Of a stretch of 64,000 bases of DNA, positions 30,538-38,968 are shown piece by piece. Below the pieces are notes generated by a model. The model was not told where the DNA came from. It saw nothing but the letters and a program-made list of their open reading frames with translations, and ran no database searches. Every line of letters begins with the position of its first letter. Positions within the stretch are counted from its first letter, which is position 1. Made by a program: the position numbers and the translations under genes. This DNA is from a virus: IMG/VR virus record IMGVR_UViG_3300044988_000363, one strand, 5' to 3'.

Positions 30538-30707
30538 GTCATAATTCGTTGGGTAACTATTTCTCAACGATATTTTCATTGGCCCAGCACCATAAATATT
30601 CAATTAGTGATATTGAACACCTTATGCCATTTGAAAGAGATATCTATGTTCAGATGTTAGTTGATTATCTTAAAGAAGTAGAAGAACTCAAAAATAAGAG
30701 CAAATAA
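30528..30707 (+). CDS. gp51: Baseplate hub assembly catalyst gp51-like (59 aa)
   Basis: Manual translation MALSHNSLGNYFSTIFSLAQHHKYSISDIEHLMPFERDIYVQMLVDYLKE; below the ORF-track cutoff. Confidence 0.85.
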   Translation: MALSHNSLGNYFSTIFSLAQHHKYSISDIEHLMPFERDIYVQMLVDYLKEVEELKNKSK

Positions 30708-32807
30708 ATGGAACAAGCAGAACTTTCGCAACTCTCAGGCACAATTCGTTCAGCGATGGGAGATTCCGCTGGACAATTCAGAGAAGCTGCGGAAAGAGGA
30801 AATGCTAATTTATCTAAGATTATGGGAACTATTGCTGCTGCTATTAAGGCACAGCGACAGGATCTTAATGATCTTCAAAATGTTATGCAGGAAAACGAAA
30901 GTGTATCTGAAAGAAATTCTTCTACATTACAAGCAATTCAATCTGAACTTCAAGACATAAATTCTGGCATACATGATATGGCTACTGGCATAAAAAATAT
31001 GGCCAGAGGAATAGCAAACGTTGATAATAGTATATTTCGCCTAAATCAAGACCTTCAATCTTCAATTGGACAAAGTCTATTACCAGGATTATTAACTGGT
31101 CTTAGCGGAACAGCTATGTCCATAGTTAAAGGTATTGGTGCATTGGCTATGGGAGGTTTGGCTTTTGGTGCGGGTAAAACTGCAATGGACTTTATGACTG
31201 GAGGTGGTGCTGGCGGCGCTGGTGGAGGTCTCGGCGGCGCTGGTGGCGGAGTCAAACAGGTAAGCAATCCTGTTATGGCAAAGGACATATATAGCTACCT
31301 GACTAAAGAAAAAGGTATAGACCACGAACACGCTGTAGGAATGTTAGCTAATATACAAAATGAATCAAAATTTAATTCAGGCGCATATAATCGCAACGAC
31401 GTTAATGGTCCATCTGGCGGTTTGTTCCAACATCATGATAATTTAAGAACTGGTGAACATAGATTCACTGACATGACTAGAGCAGCTGGACCTGACTGGC
31501 AGAAAAATTGGAAAGGGCAAATTGATTACGCTCTGACCGAAGGCGAAATGAAATCTTATTTAAAAACTCCAGTTTCTAGCGGCCAAGAAGCGGCTGCTCA
31601 ATTTGTTTATAAATTTGAAAAACCAAGAGATCAAGCTGGAGAAGCATCAAAAAGAGCAGGGAATGTTGCAGCTGTAGAAAAAGCGATTGTTGGTGGTGGT
31701 GGGGCTGGAGCTACCAAAGGAGCTTCTGAAAGTGGAGCAACTCCACAATCTTCGCCAATGCAATCTAAGTTTGAACAACCACCAGTTTCTTCTGAAGGCG
31801 TTTCTAGAGTTGAGAAAATTGGTGGCGAACACGGACATGGTCCCATAAGTGGCGCTGCGGAACATAATCACAATGAAAAAGAAGCTGGTATTGGTAAAAT
31901 GCCTGCATTGCCTGGAGGCGACATAGTTGCTTTAGGTAGAGCACTACAAGCACAAGGAATAAGAGTTTCAGAACATCCAGCGTTTAATGGCGTTCATCCG
32001 GAACAGCATCATCCTGGTTCTGCTCATAACGATGGGTTGGCAATTGATATTAATGCTCCTGGTAGTATAACTGAAGCCAGTGATCCGGTTTGGGGCAAGA
32101 GATTTGATGAATTGGCAAAACAAATTCAAGCTGCAGGATATACTGTTCTTTGGAGAACCAAAGGTCACGATAACCATATTCACGCTCAAATAGGTGGCAA
32201 AGGTATCAAAGGTGGTCAATCTATAATTGGCGGTCAAACAACTCCCGGATCTGAACCATCAGCAACAACTCCAGGATCAAGTTCTCCGATGATGCCAACA
32301 GCAACTCCAGTTGCAATGACACAGGCAATGCCAGGAGCAGCCGCAGGATTAACTCCTGAACAAATGACAATGATGATGACAGGAATGAATCCTATGGCTG
32401 CGGCTGCAGCATCAGCAATGATGGGCCAATTACAATCAGCTCAAGACGAAGCTGCAGCAATTGCTCCGCAGCAACAAGCAGAACAGCCACAATCACAACA
32501 GTTATCTAGTACACAAATATTAGAACAATTGAGTAGATCTACAGAAAACACTCAAACTCTTAAACAGGCAGCTGTATCAAACCAAGTTCAACAAGAAATT
32601 GCGCAACAGGAACCAATATCTGAAATACTTGCTTCTATATTTGGTCAACAATCTGGTTCGTCATCTACAGTTGTCAATAACAACAGCAATGTTAGTGCTG
32701 GCGGCTACAATGGCACATATGATGTTGGCTGGCCTGATTGGGCTGAAATGATTGGTGGCAATCATTGGAAAGAAATGAAGAATTACAAAAAGAACATGTG
32801 GGGATAA
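30708..32807 (+). CDS. Tail-associated muralytic protein (tape-measure position): coiled coil, lysozyme-like domain and Zn-peptidase-like domain
   Basis: AVGMLANIQNESKFN...GGLFQ (tail-lysozyme-like); HHPGSAHNDGLAIDI...GHDNHIH (M15-like). Confidence 0.7.
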   Translation: MEQAELSQLSGTIRSAMGDSAGQFREAAERGNANLSKIMGTIAAAIKAQRQDLNDLQNVMQENESVSERNSSTLQAIQSELQDINSGIHDMATGIKNMARGIANVDNSIFRLNQDLQSSIGQSLLPGLLTGLSGTAMSIVKGIGALAMGGLAFGAGKTAMDFMTGGGAGGAGGGLGGAGGGVKQVSNPVMAKDIYSYLTKEKGIDHEHAVGMLANIQNESKFNSGAYNRNDVNGPSGGLFQHHDNLRTGEHRFTDMTRAAGPDWQKNWKGQIDYALTEGEMKSYLKTPVSSGQEAAAQFVYKFEKPRDQAGEASKRAGNVAAVEKAIVGGGGAGATKGASESGATPQSSPMQSKFEQPPVSSEGVSRVEKIGGEHGHGPISGAAEHNHNEKEAGIGKMPALPGGDIVALGRALQAQGIRVSEHPAFNGVHPEQHHPGSAHNDGLAIDINAPGSITEASDPVWGKRFDELAKQIQAAGYTVLWRTKGHDNHIHAQIGGKGIKGGQSIIGGQTTPGSEPSATTPGSSSPMMPTATPVAMTQAMPGAAAGLTPEQMTMMMTGMNPMAAAAASAMMGQLQSAQDEAAAIAPQQQAEQPQSQQLSSTQILEQLSRSTENTQTLKQAAVSNQVQQEIAQQEPISEILASIFGQQSGSSSTVVNNNSNVSAGGYNGTYDVGWPDWAEMIGGNHWKEMKNYKKNMWG

Positions 32808-32808
32808 T

Positions 32809-32843
32809 AAAAAAGGGAGCCAAAAGGCTCCCTCTTCATTTTA
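32809..32843. terminator. Bidirectional intrinsic terminator
   Basis: AGGGAGCC-AAAA-GGCTCCCT stem with an A-tract before and a T-rich tail after, between convergent genes. Confidence 0.8.
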
Positions 32844-33743
32844 TTCATTAGCAAGCTTCTTAAAGAACTCCAATGACTCATCGTCATCTTCGTCATCACC
32901 AGAATACTTCGGCGCATGAGTCGCCTTAAATGCCGGAGCAGAATCTTCTTCCTGCCATGGGACTTCTGTATTCTCAGCAGCCTTACGCTTTGCTGCAGGT
33001 GAATCTTCAGCAAGAACCTTGGCCAGACGAGCACGTAGCTCTTCTTCTGACTTGAAGTTCTTAGGATCTAGGAATTCCTTAAGCGAATGCTCACTCTTCC
33101 AGATCTGCTCTAGTTCCTTATCGTTATCAGACAGAGGCTCTGGCTTACCAAACTCTGACTTATCGTAATTACGATAACCTTCGACCTGACGAATCTTTAG
33201 CTTGAATGGTGCACCTGCCCAAAGATCGAATGGGTTGATTGCTTCCTCGTCAGCAAACTGAGGCTCCATTGCTTCCTTGAGCTTATCAAAGATCTTCTTA
33301 CCATACTTGTAAAGAAAAACCTTACCCTCATTGGCAGGATTACCTGGATCGCTGATAACATGAATATTGCTGATGAAGTGAAGACGACGCTTCTGCTTAC
33401 GAGCAATTTCCTTGTTAGCTTCAATACCCGAATTCCATAGCTTAGAATTATACTCAGAAACTGGATCGCTCTTACCAAGAGTTGTTAGTGAGTTCTCGAT
33501 ATACCATCCGCCTGGACCCTGGAAACCATGATCAAAGATACGAACGAAGGGAACATCCTCGCCAGCTGGCGGAGGGAGGAAACGAATAACAGCATAACCA
33601 TTACCAGCCTTATCGACTGTTGGCGTCCAGAAGCGATCGTCGGCACCCTTGCCTTCGCCGCCTGATAGCTTATTGAGTTCTGATGTTAGGGATTCGAGAG
33701 ACTTCTTACCAGAAGCTGCCTTGAGGGACTTAAAATCTACCAT
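32841..33743 (-). CDS. gp32: Single-stranded DNA-binding protein gp32
   Basis: DDRFW...GNGYAVIRFLP...WYIENSLTTLG...YGKKIFDK; acidic tail; start MVDF after GGAG. Confidence 0.96.
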   Translation of the reverse strand: MVDFKSLKAASGKKSLESLTSELNKLSGGEGKGADDRFWTPTVDKAGNGYAVIRFLPPPAGEDVPFVRIFDHGFQGPGGWYIENSLTTLGKSDPVSEYNSKLWNSGIEANKEIARKQKRRLHFISNIHVISDPGNPANEGKVFLYKYGKKIFDKLKEAMEPQFADEEAINPFDLWAGAPFKLKIRQVEGYRNYDKSEFGKPEPLSDNDKELEQIWKSEHSLKEFLDPKNFKSEEELRARLAKVLAEDSPAAKRKAAENTEVPWQEEDSAPAFKATHAPKYSGDDEDDDESLEFFKKLANE

Positions 33744-33803
33744 GTATATTCTCCGTATAACAGTGTATGACAATTGTATGATGGGTATTTGTATCACCCA
33801 ACA

Positions 33804-34379
33804 TTATTTAGTATACCCCATATCGCTCATTATGTCAAGCATTACCTGCTTGATTTTCTCAATATCATATTTTATAAATGGAGTATATTTCACAACCTTC
33901 AATCGGACTTCTTCCCATATCGGGTCGTATTCAAGTTTAGAGTCCCACTGAGCCATCGCTTTAGTCATTTTAATAAAGACACAGAGAGACTCTAAACTGA
34001 TCTCGTTGCCAAGATATAACCTCAAAGCAGCAGGATGATGCTGCCCTCCTGATTCTTGTAGGATTTTCTTAAAATCATTTTTGAAATTGTAGGTGAGGGA
34101 CTGATTACGCTTTTTCCAATTTTGGTATGTTAATTGGGCGGTCTCAGAATATGCAATATCTCGTATCCATAACTTTGGATTATCGCTAAGATTAGCAACA
34201 AGAAACTCGTGATAATTCTCATTCTTAGCAAGTTTTTCAAAGAATATCTTATCCTTACGCTTCTCGAAAGAAGTATGTTTCAGACCTGTCTTTCCGTTGT
34301 ATTTAATGTAGTCGTAATCAGTTTTGGTGAAGTGGTTTTTTAAAGCCACGTATTCTTTATATGCTTCAAAGGCTGACAT
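33804..34379 (-). CDS. gp59: Helicase loader gp59
   Basis: AYKEYVALKNHF..YDYIKYNGK...FEKRKDKIFFEKLA...KYTPFI. Confidence 0.9.
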   Translation of the reverse strand: MSAFEAYKEYVALKNHFTKTDYDYIKYNGKTGLKHTSFEKRKDKIFFEKLAKNENYHEFLVANLSDNPKLWIRDIAYSETAQLTYQNWKKRNQSLTYNFKNDFKKILQESGGQHHPAALRLYLGNEISLESLCVFIKMTKAMAQWDSKLEYDPIWEEVRLKVVKYTPFIKYDIEKIKQVMLDIMSDMGYTK

Positions 34380-34389
34380 GTCAAAATAC

Positions 34390-34466
34390 CTAAATAAAGA
34401 TGTCCGTCACGAGTTGGCGCTCTACGGACTCTACACCTGTTAAAGAGGTCCAGCATGAATATTTAT
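34390..34466 (+). promoter_or_regulatory. Conserved structured leader, copy 1
   Basis: CTAAATA...GTCCGT-CAC-GAG-loop-CTC-T-ACGGAC-TCTA-ACCT..AGGT-CCAGC-ATGAATATTTAT. Confidence 0.8.
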
Positions 34467-34928
34467 TACGTATACGCATATATCCGAGCATCAGACAACT
34501 CCCCATATTATATCGGCAAGGGCAAAGGTCGAAGAGCCTTTAATAAATCTCATAGCGTATCAGTTCCCAAAGACAAATCAAAAATAATATTTCTTGAAAC
34601 TAATCTAACCAACGTTGGTGCTTGCGCTATTGAACGACGTTTAATACGTTGGTATGGAAGAAAAGATTTAAACAATGGTATTCTCCATAATCGCTCGGAT
34701 GGTGGCGAAGGACCAGATGGAGCAACCGTCTGGAACAAAGGAAAAACTGGAGTCTACTCAGAAGAAACTATTCAAAAGTTACGATCGAAAGCATCTGGCA
34801 AAAAACAATCAAAAGAAACAATCGAAAAAAGAATACAAAAAACAAAAGGCAAAACCAGAAGCGAAGAATTCAAACGACAACAATCCGAAAAAATTAAAGA
34901 ATGGTGGCGTTTGAAGAAGCAATCTTAG
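34455..34928 (+). CDS. GIY-YIG homing endonuclease with NUMOD3-like tail, inverted relative to neighbours
   Basis: YYVYAY...PYYIGKG...[13 protein letters not shown] and SEETIQK repeats. Confidence 0.88.
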   Translation: MNIYYVYAYIRASDNSPYYIGKGKGRRAFNKSHSVSVPKDKSKIIFLETNLTNVGACAIERRLIRWYGRKDLNNGILHNRSDGGEGPDGATVWNKGKTGVYSEETIQKLRSKASGKKQSKETIEKRIQKTKGKTRSEEFKRQQSEKIKEWWRLKKQS

Positions 34929-35445
34929 GTTGTTTCTGTGGAGCCATAATCTTTATACGCTTCGAAGGCTGACATTTTATTTCAGGTTCTCCCTCTCTCA
35001 TATAATTTATGAATTTAAAATAAAGTCCTTTCTCTCGGCCATAAGCCTCGATTTCCCAAGGACATTCCCAATAATCCATCTCTTCGTGGAGGTATTTTTC
35101 ACCCTGCCATTTGACCATGCGTACTGGCTTCCAAATGTCTTTCATTTCACCTTTAGCATATTGCTTTAGGTGGACCATTTCATGAGCTAAAGCTAGTAAT
35201 GTTTCTTTCTTGTTAAGAGCTCTATCTACGCCTATAGTAAATTCTCTTTTCTGCTGACTGTCGTCAGTCCAGTCGCAATAAGCGTAGTCTCCGTCGATAT
35301 GATCCATTTTCTCAAATTGGATAGTCAACTTTAAGTTGTTGTAAAGTTTACCCCCTCCAATGAGATATTTTCCATAAAAATTCGCCGCCTTCTTGACTAT
35401 TGGCAGGGATATATGTGAGGGTTTACCGATTGTTTTTATGCGCAT
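34894..35445 (-). CDS. HExxH zinc-metallopeptidase-like conserved phage protein
   Basis: [11 protein letters not shown]...[10 protein letters not shown]; start MRIK after GGAGG. Confidence 0.7.
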   Translation of the reverse strand: MRIKTIGKPSHISLPIVKKAANFYGKYLIGGGKLYNNLKLTIQFEKMDHIDGDYAYCDWTDDSQQKREFTIGVDRALNKKETLLALAHEMVHLKQYAKGEMKDIWKPVRMVKWQGEKYLHEEMDYWECPWEIEAYGREKGLYFKFINYMREGEPEIKCQPSKRIKIMAPQKQPKIASSNATIL

Positions 35446-35475
35446 ATTAGCCTCCAACAATGGTTCACCCACTAT

Positions 35476-35694
35476 TTATATCGGCAATCTAGCCCCACGT
35501 TTCAGAACATTAAGGTTTTCAGCCTCCAATTGAATCTTAGACTTCATTACTGGGTCTTTTCGTATCCAATACGCCGCAGTCTCTATTTCTAGATTATTTT
35601 TCTCGCACCAAAAAACTACGGCGTCAATATATTCAATATTTTTATCTTGACAGAGTTTTTCTACTTCTTCTATGAAGCCTGAATTTTTAAGCAT
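35476..35694 (-). CDS. gp33: Late transcription coactivator gp33
   Basis: FIEEVEK...YIDAVVFWCEKNNLEIE...KIQLEAENLN. Confidence 0.88.
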   Translation of the reverse strand: MLKNSGFIEEVEKLCQDKNIEYIDAVVFWCEKNNLEIETAAYWIRKDPVMKSKIQLEAENLNVLKRGARLPI

Positions 35695-35859
35695 TGTTTT
35701 TCATATTCCTTCAATTCGGCTATTCGTCGTTCAAGATATTGTTGTATATGACTATCGTTCAATCTTCGAGCCTTATGTCTGTTCAACTCCTGTTGTAATG
35801 ACCACATTACAGTGCTAGCATGAGAGTATGCATAAGTCTCTTTGATTGTGTCCATAGAA

Positions 35860-36261
35860 CTAATCCTTGATTGTGATTGTCGTAGATTCACCTTTGGTCA
35901 TATTGTAAAGAGTGTAAGCGTTATTTGGACTCAACCGAACGCATCCGTGACTAGCAGGTCGACCCAAATTGCCCACGTGAGGGGTAGCATGAATAGCATA
36001 ACCACCAGAAAAGAATATAGAGTGCGGCATGGGAGCATTGTCATATTTCTTTGAATAATGTATAGGCTGATAAGAATAAGGGCGGAAAGTTCCAGTTGGC
36101 GTATAATATCCCTTCCGGGCTGTAGATACTGGCCAACGTTCAATTAACTCTCCATCCTCGTAAATTGTCATTGACTGGCTGCGTTTCGAAACTACTATAT
36201 CATAGTTTGCTAGAGCAGAGGTAGAGAATAGAACTAATGCAGAGATCAGTAGTTTGTTCAT
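35860..36261 (-). CDS. Secreted L,D-transpeptidase (YkuD family)
   Basis: Signal peptide; WPVSTAR...TPTG...YAIHAT...LGRPASHGCVRL catalytic motif. Confidence 0.9.
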   Translation of the reverse strand: MNKLLISALVLFSTSALANYDIVVSKRSQSMTIYEDGELIERWPVSTARKGYYTPTGTFRPYSYQPIHYSKKYDNAPMPHSIFFSGGYAIHATPHVGNLGRPASHGCVRLSPNNAYTLYNMTKGESTTITIKD

Positions 36262-36394
36262 TCTGAATCCTCAATTTGATCGAGCTTTTCTCTTACAAAT
36301 ACAGCAAACTCTGGATCTTCCTTGAGATGCTGCTCTAACTGAGCAGTAGTCATCTGTTCAGACATAAAGCATTCCCAAAGCAATTCATAATTAT

Positions 36395-36598
36395 TCATGA
36401 TAGATATCCTAGGATAGAACCAACAGGGCCAACAAAAACACCAATACAGCGAAGAATAAACTTAGCGGTTACAGGATTGTCCATTGTATTCCAGATAGCA
36501 ATAATGTTCATCACCCATCCAACAAAAAAGACAAGCCATATTACAGTTAGAGTAATGTAATATGCTAGGCCATGATCTTCTTCACGATAATTTGCCAT
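36395..36598 (-). CDS. Small membrane protein
   Basis: Two hydrophobic segments; GGAG SD. Confidence 0.55.
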   Translation of the reverse strand: MANYREEDHGLAYYITLTVIWLVFFVGWVMNIIAIWNTMDNPVTAKFILRCIGVFVGPVGSILGYLS

Positions 36599-36743
36599 AA
36601 TATATTCTCCAGATTAGCGACCTGACTGTTTACGCCAAATCCATGATGAAAGGTTTAGAAGCGTTTGATGAAATTTGTCTACCAAAGAACTGTTCCAGAA
36701 CCAATGAAGCTTACGGTTTGACATTTTGTTCTCCGTTAAGAAA

Positions 36744-36820
36744 TGGCGATCCCGGCACGATTCGAACGTGCGACCCACAGATTAGAAGTCTGTTGCTCTA
36801 TCCAGCTGAGCTACGGGACC
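36744..36820 (-). tRNA. tRNA-Arg(UCU)
   Basis: GGTCCCGTAGCTCAGCTGGATAGAGCAACAGACTTCTAATCTGTGGGTCGCACGTTCGAATCGTGCCGGGATCGCCA; cloverleaf with encoded CCA; TTGCTT...TATAAT promoter upstream. Confidence 0.95.
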
Positions 36821-36863
36821 ATTGTTAGTATTATACGCTGATCCGAATGGAAAAGCAAGTTGT

Positions 36864-37073
36864 TTATACAAACATTCCAAAAATGCCAGAAAGAACAAAG
36901 AACGTAATTGCAGAAGCCAATGTGATCTCAATTACGCCTGTCGCCCAATAACCCAGAATAGCTCCCAGAAATAGACCTGCAACGGCGCAGATATAGACAT
37001 TAGTACTGAGAGCAAAGTTGAACTCACGCATACCCGTATATTTGTCTTTGTTACTCATAATATATCCTTTCAA
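36864..37073 (-). CDS. Small membrane protein
   Basis: Two TM segments. Confidence 0.5.
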   Translation of the reverse strand: MKGYIMSNKDKYTGMREFNFALSTNVYICAVAGLFLGAILGYWATGVIEITLASAITFFVLSGIFGMFV

Positions 37074-37077
37074 AATG

Positions 37078-37235
37078 AAAATGCGACTGTTCTGTTTCTA
37101 GGTCAGTCGCCAACCCAATGAGGATTAAGCTGCTAGAGCGTAACCTTCAAATGATGCATCATTATCGTTTGCATCTACGTTTCGCCTTTGGTCTCCTCGA
37201 AGCCTTAATGTAGATAATCGAGCCTATACACCCCC
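37078..37235 (-). ncRNA. ssrA: tmRNA coding piece (permuted two-piece ssrA)
   Basis: Starts GGGGGTGTATAGGCTCGA; tag frame 37172-37125 = ANDNDASFEGYALAA*; ends in a GCGACTG/CAGTCGC hairpin plus T-tract. The 3' end is approximate. Confidence 0.9.
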
Positions 37236-37236
37236 A

Positions 37237-37701
37237 TCATAAACTGACATATGGATTCGTTTTTTTCATAACAGATTTTAATCTACCACGAACCCAATCT
37301 TTAGGATAATCCTCTAAAGAGAACTGTCCTTCGGAAACGCCATCATTGAACCAATATCTCTTGTTTCTAATTTTTCTGCCATCTGTTCCTTTTTCATAAG
37401 GAGAAGGAACGCCTGATCTTATCCATTTACCAGTGGCAGATTTCTTACCATTTCCCCATCTAATAGCATTGGTTATTGCAGCGCCTTTTTTTGCTCCTTC
37501 ACGAATTGCTATAAAAGTGCATTCGTCAGAAGTAAGAAGACCTAACAAACCTTTCCAAGCCAATAAATCTTGCCAGTGACCATGTGTTTCATATAAAACT
37601 CTATGGGCTTCGGCATGTTCTTCAATAGTAAGTTCTATCAAGTTATTTGGTTCATCTGTTCCGCCTAAATGTTTGGGAACAATATGATGTATGTGTTTCA
37701 T
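37237..37701 (-). CDS. HNH homing endonuclease inside the tmRNA intervening segment
   Basis: HIHHIVPKHLGGTDEPNNLIELTIEEHAEAH motif; AGGAGG SD; C-terminal WFNDG...GRL module. Confidence 0.88.
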   Translation of the reverse strand: MKHIHHIVPKHLGGTDEPNNLIELTIEEHAEAHRVLYETHGHWQDLLAWKGLLGLLTSDECTFIAIREGAKKGAAITNAIRWGNGKKSATGKWIRSGVPSPYEKGTDGRKIRNKRYWFNDGVSEGQFSLEDYPKDWVRGRLKSVMKKTNPYVSL

Positions 37702-37703
37702 TT

Positions 37704-37743
37704 AATCCTCCTGTCAATCATACTTATTTATAATAGACAGGAT
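37704..37743 (-). promoter_or_regulatory. Late promoter TATAAATA in the loop of an RBS-sequestering hairpin (HNH gene)
   Basis: TCCTGTC-tatTATAAATAagtatgatt-GACAGGA(GG); TATAAATA at 37725-37732. Confidence 0.8.
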
Positions 37744-37755
37744 TTTATCAGTTTA

Positions 37756-37824
37756 TGGTGGAGGTGAGGGGATTCGCACCCCTGTCTTACCAACCTATAT
37801 GCTAAGTCTCAACGACCTCGGCAA
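37756..37824 (-). ncRNA. ssrA: tmRNA acceptor piece (permuted two-piece ssrA)
   Basis: ...GACAGGGGTGCGAATCCCCTCACCTCCACCA; CACCTCC pairs with GGGGGTG including G3:U70, discriminator A; AATAAATA at 37829-37836 upstream. The 5' end is approximate. Confidence 0.9.
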
Positions 37825-37968
37825 ACTTTATTTATTCTTTTGGAATTTCGTTTTCAAATTCTTCAATTAGGGGATGTGGTGGTTCTTTAGTGGCACGGTC
37901 TGTTAGAACTGTCCCGTACAATGCACTTACCGACGGTCGCCAACTCAGCGCAGCCAGCAACACCCAGA

Positions 37969-38256
37969 CTAAGACACACCATTGCTATTGCTATATAAAC
38001 CTTTTTCATTCTTATCCTCCGGATTATAATCGTGCTTTTCAGTTTCATGAAGAGCAACAGAAAACCATTCAGTAGAACCTTCACGTTGATACTGAAGATC
38101 CTGCATTGGAACCATTACCATTTCCTTAGTCTGAGGATGAACCATCATCTTAGGAAACATTACCATACGAAAATCTACAATCGGCTTTTTCTTATCAACG
38201 CCTCCCGTTGGGAGACTGCTAGCAGCAATTGCACCATCTGGTCCAAGAATACTCAT
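37969..38256 (-). CDS. Hypothetical protein
   Basis: Overlapping start/stop chain. Confidence 0.5.
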   Translation of the reverse strand: MSILGPDGAIAASSLPTGGVDKKKPIVDFRMVMFPKMMVHPQTKEMVMVPMQDLQYQREGSTEWFSVALHETEKHDYNPEDKNEKGLYSNSNGVS

Positions 38257-38606
38257 GTCTTTTGTCCTTTTACCTTTTCAAGCAACTGACCTAGATATTC
38301 AATCGCTTTATCATTAAATGTAACGTCGTCTAAAACACCAACAACGCAATATTGCTTTGCTGCCATTGCATTTCCATCCGAAGACTTATCGTATTCAATG
38401 ATAAACAGATGCCGATCTTTGGACATCATAACTTCATTCATCTTATCATTCTTTATACCATTATAAAGAGTAACAAGAGCTTTATCATCAATCATCTTCA
38501 TAAATTCTTTATTTTCATAACACTTCAATTCTGACTCTGCTGATAAAGCAGAGCCAGTTAACATTGAAGAGATAATCACACCATACATGATATTCTTCAT
38601 CATCAC
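38253..38606 (-). CDS. Secreted hypothetical protein
   Basis: Signal peptide ending ALS-A. Confidence 0.55.
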   Translation of the reverse strand: MMMKNIMYGVIISSMLTGSALSAESELKCYENKEFMKMIDDKALVTLYNGIKNDKMNEVMMSKDRHLFIIEYDKSSDGNAMAAKQYCVVGVLDDVTFNDKAIEYLGQLLEKVKGQKT

Positions 38607-38794
38607 TTCCTTGTGGTTACTTCCTGAACCTTTTGAGCAACCTTTTGATAATCAATCTTACCAAAATTGGTTGGACGCTTTGGAGGTAGAGGAACTTCAA
38701 CATACTTTGTAACTGGAGGCGCAATAACGTCGCCAGCAATTGCACTACCACCCATAAGCATGGCAGCGATAGTCGATAAGATAATCTTATTCAT
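38603..38794 (-). CDS. Small secreted protein
   Basis: Signal peptide; VPLPPKRP motif. Confidence 0.5.
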   Translation of the reverse strand: MNKIILSTIAAMLMGGSAIAGDVIAPPVTKYVEVPLPPKRPTNFGKIDYQKVAQKVQEVTTRK

Positions 38795-38968
38795 CTTATT
38801 TCCTTTCGGTATTATTTACGATGTTCTTAAGCAAAGCAACATCGTAATTTGTGATACGAGAAAAAGCATTCAACGCTTCTTCCCTTGATACTCCTTCTTT
38901 TTCGAGAAGGAACTTTGCTACGATCTTTATATCATTAAAGTCTTCGTAGAATTCTACATCTTTAGTGT

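Noticed and set aside
34390-34466. HDV-like or hammerhead ribozyme reading of the shared leader
   Set aside because: The catalytic core consensus and required pseudoknot pairings were not found consistently in all three copies.
36643-36828. 61-aa + strand ORF
   Set aside because: Overlaps tRNA-Arg on the opposite strand; spurious.
37237-37755. Group I intron around the HNH gene
   Set aside because: The ORF and its promoter fill the spacer, no P/Q/R/S core is visible, and the permuted order needs no splicing.
37756-37790. Stand-alone tRNA or attP fragment
   Set aside because: There is no D or anticodon arm. It pairs with GGGGGTG at 37235, so it is the tmRNA acceptor piece.
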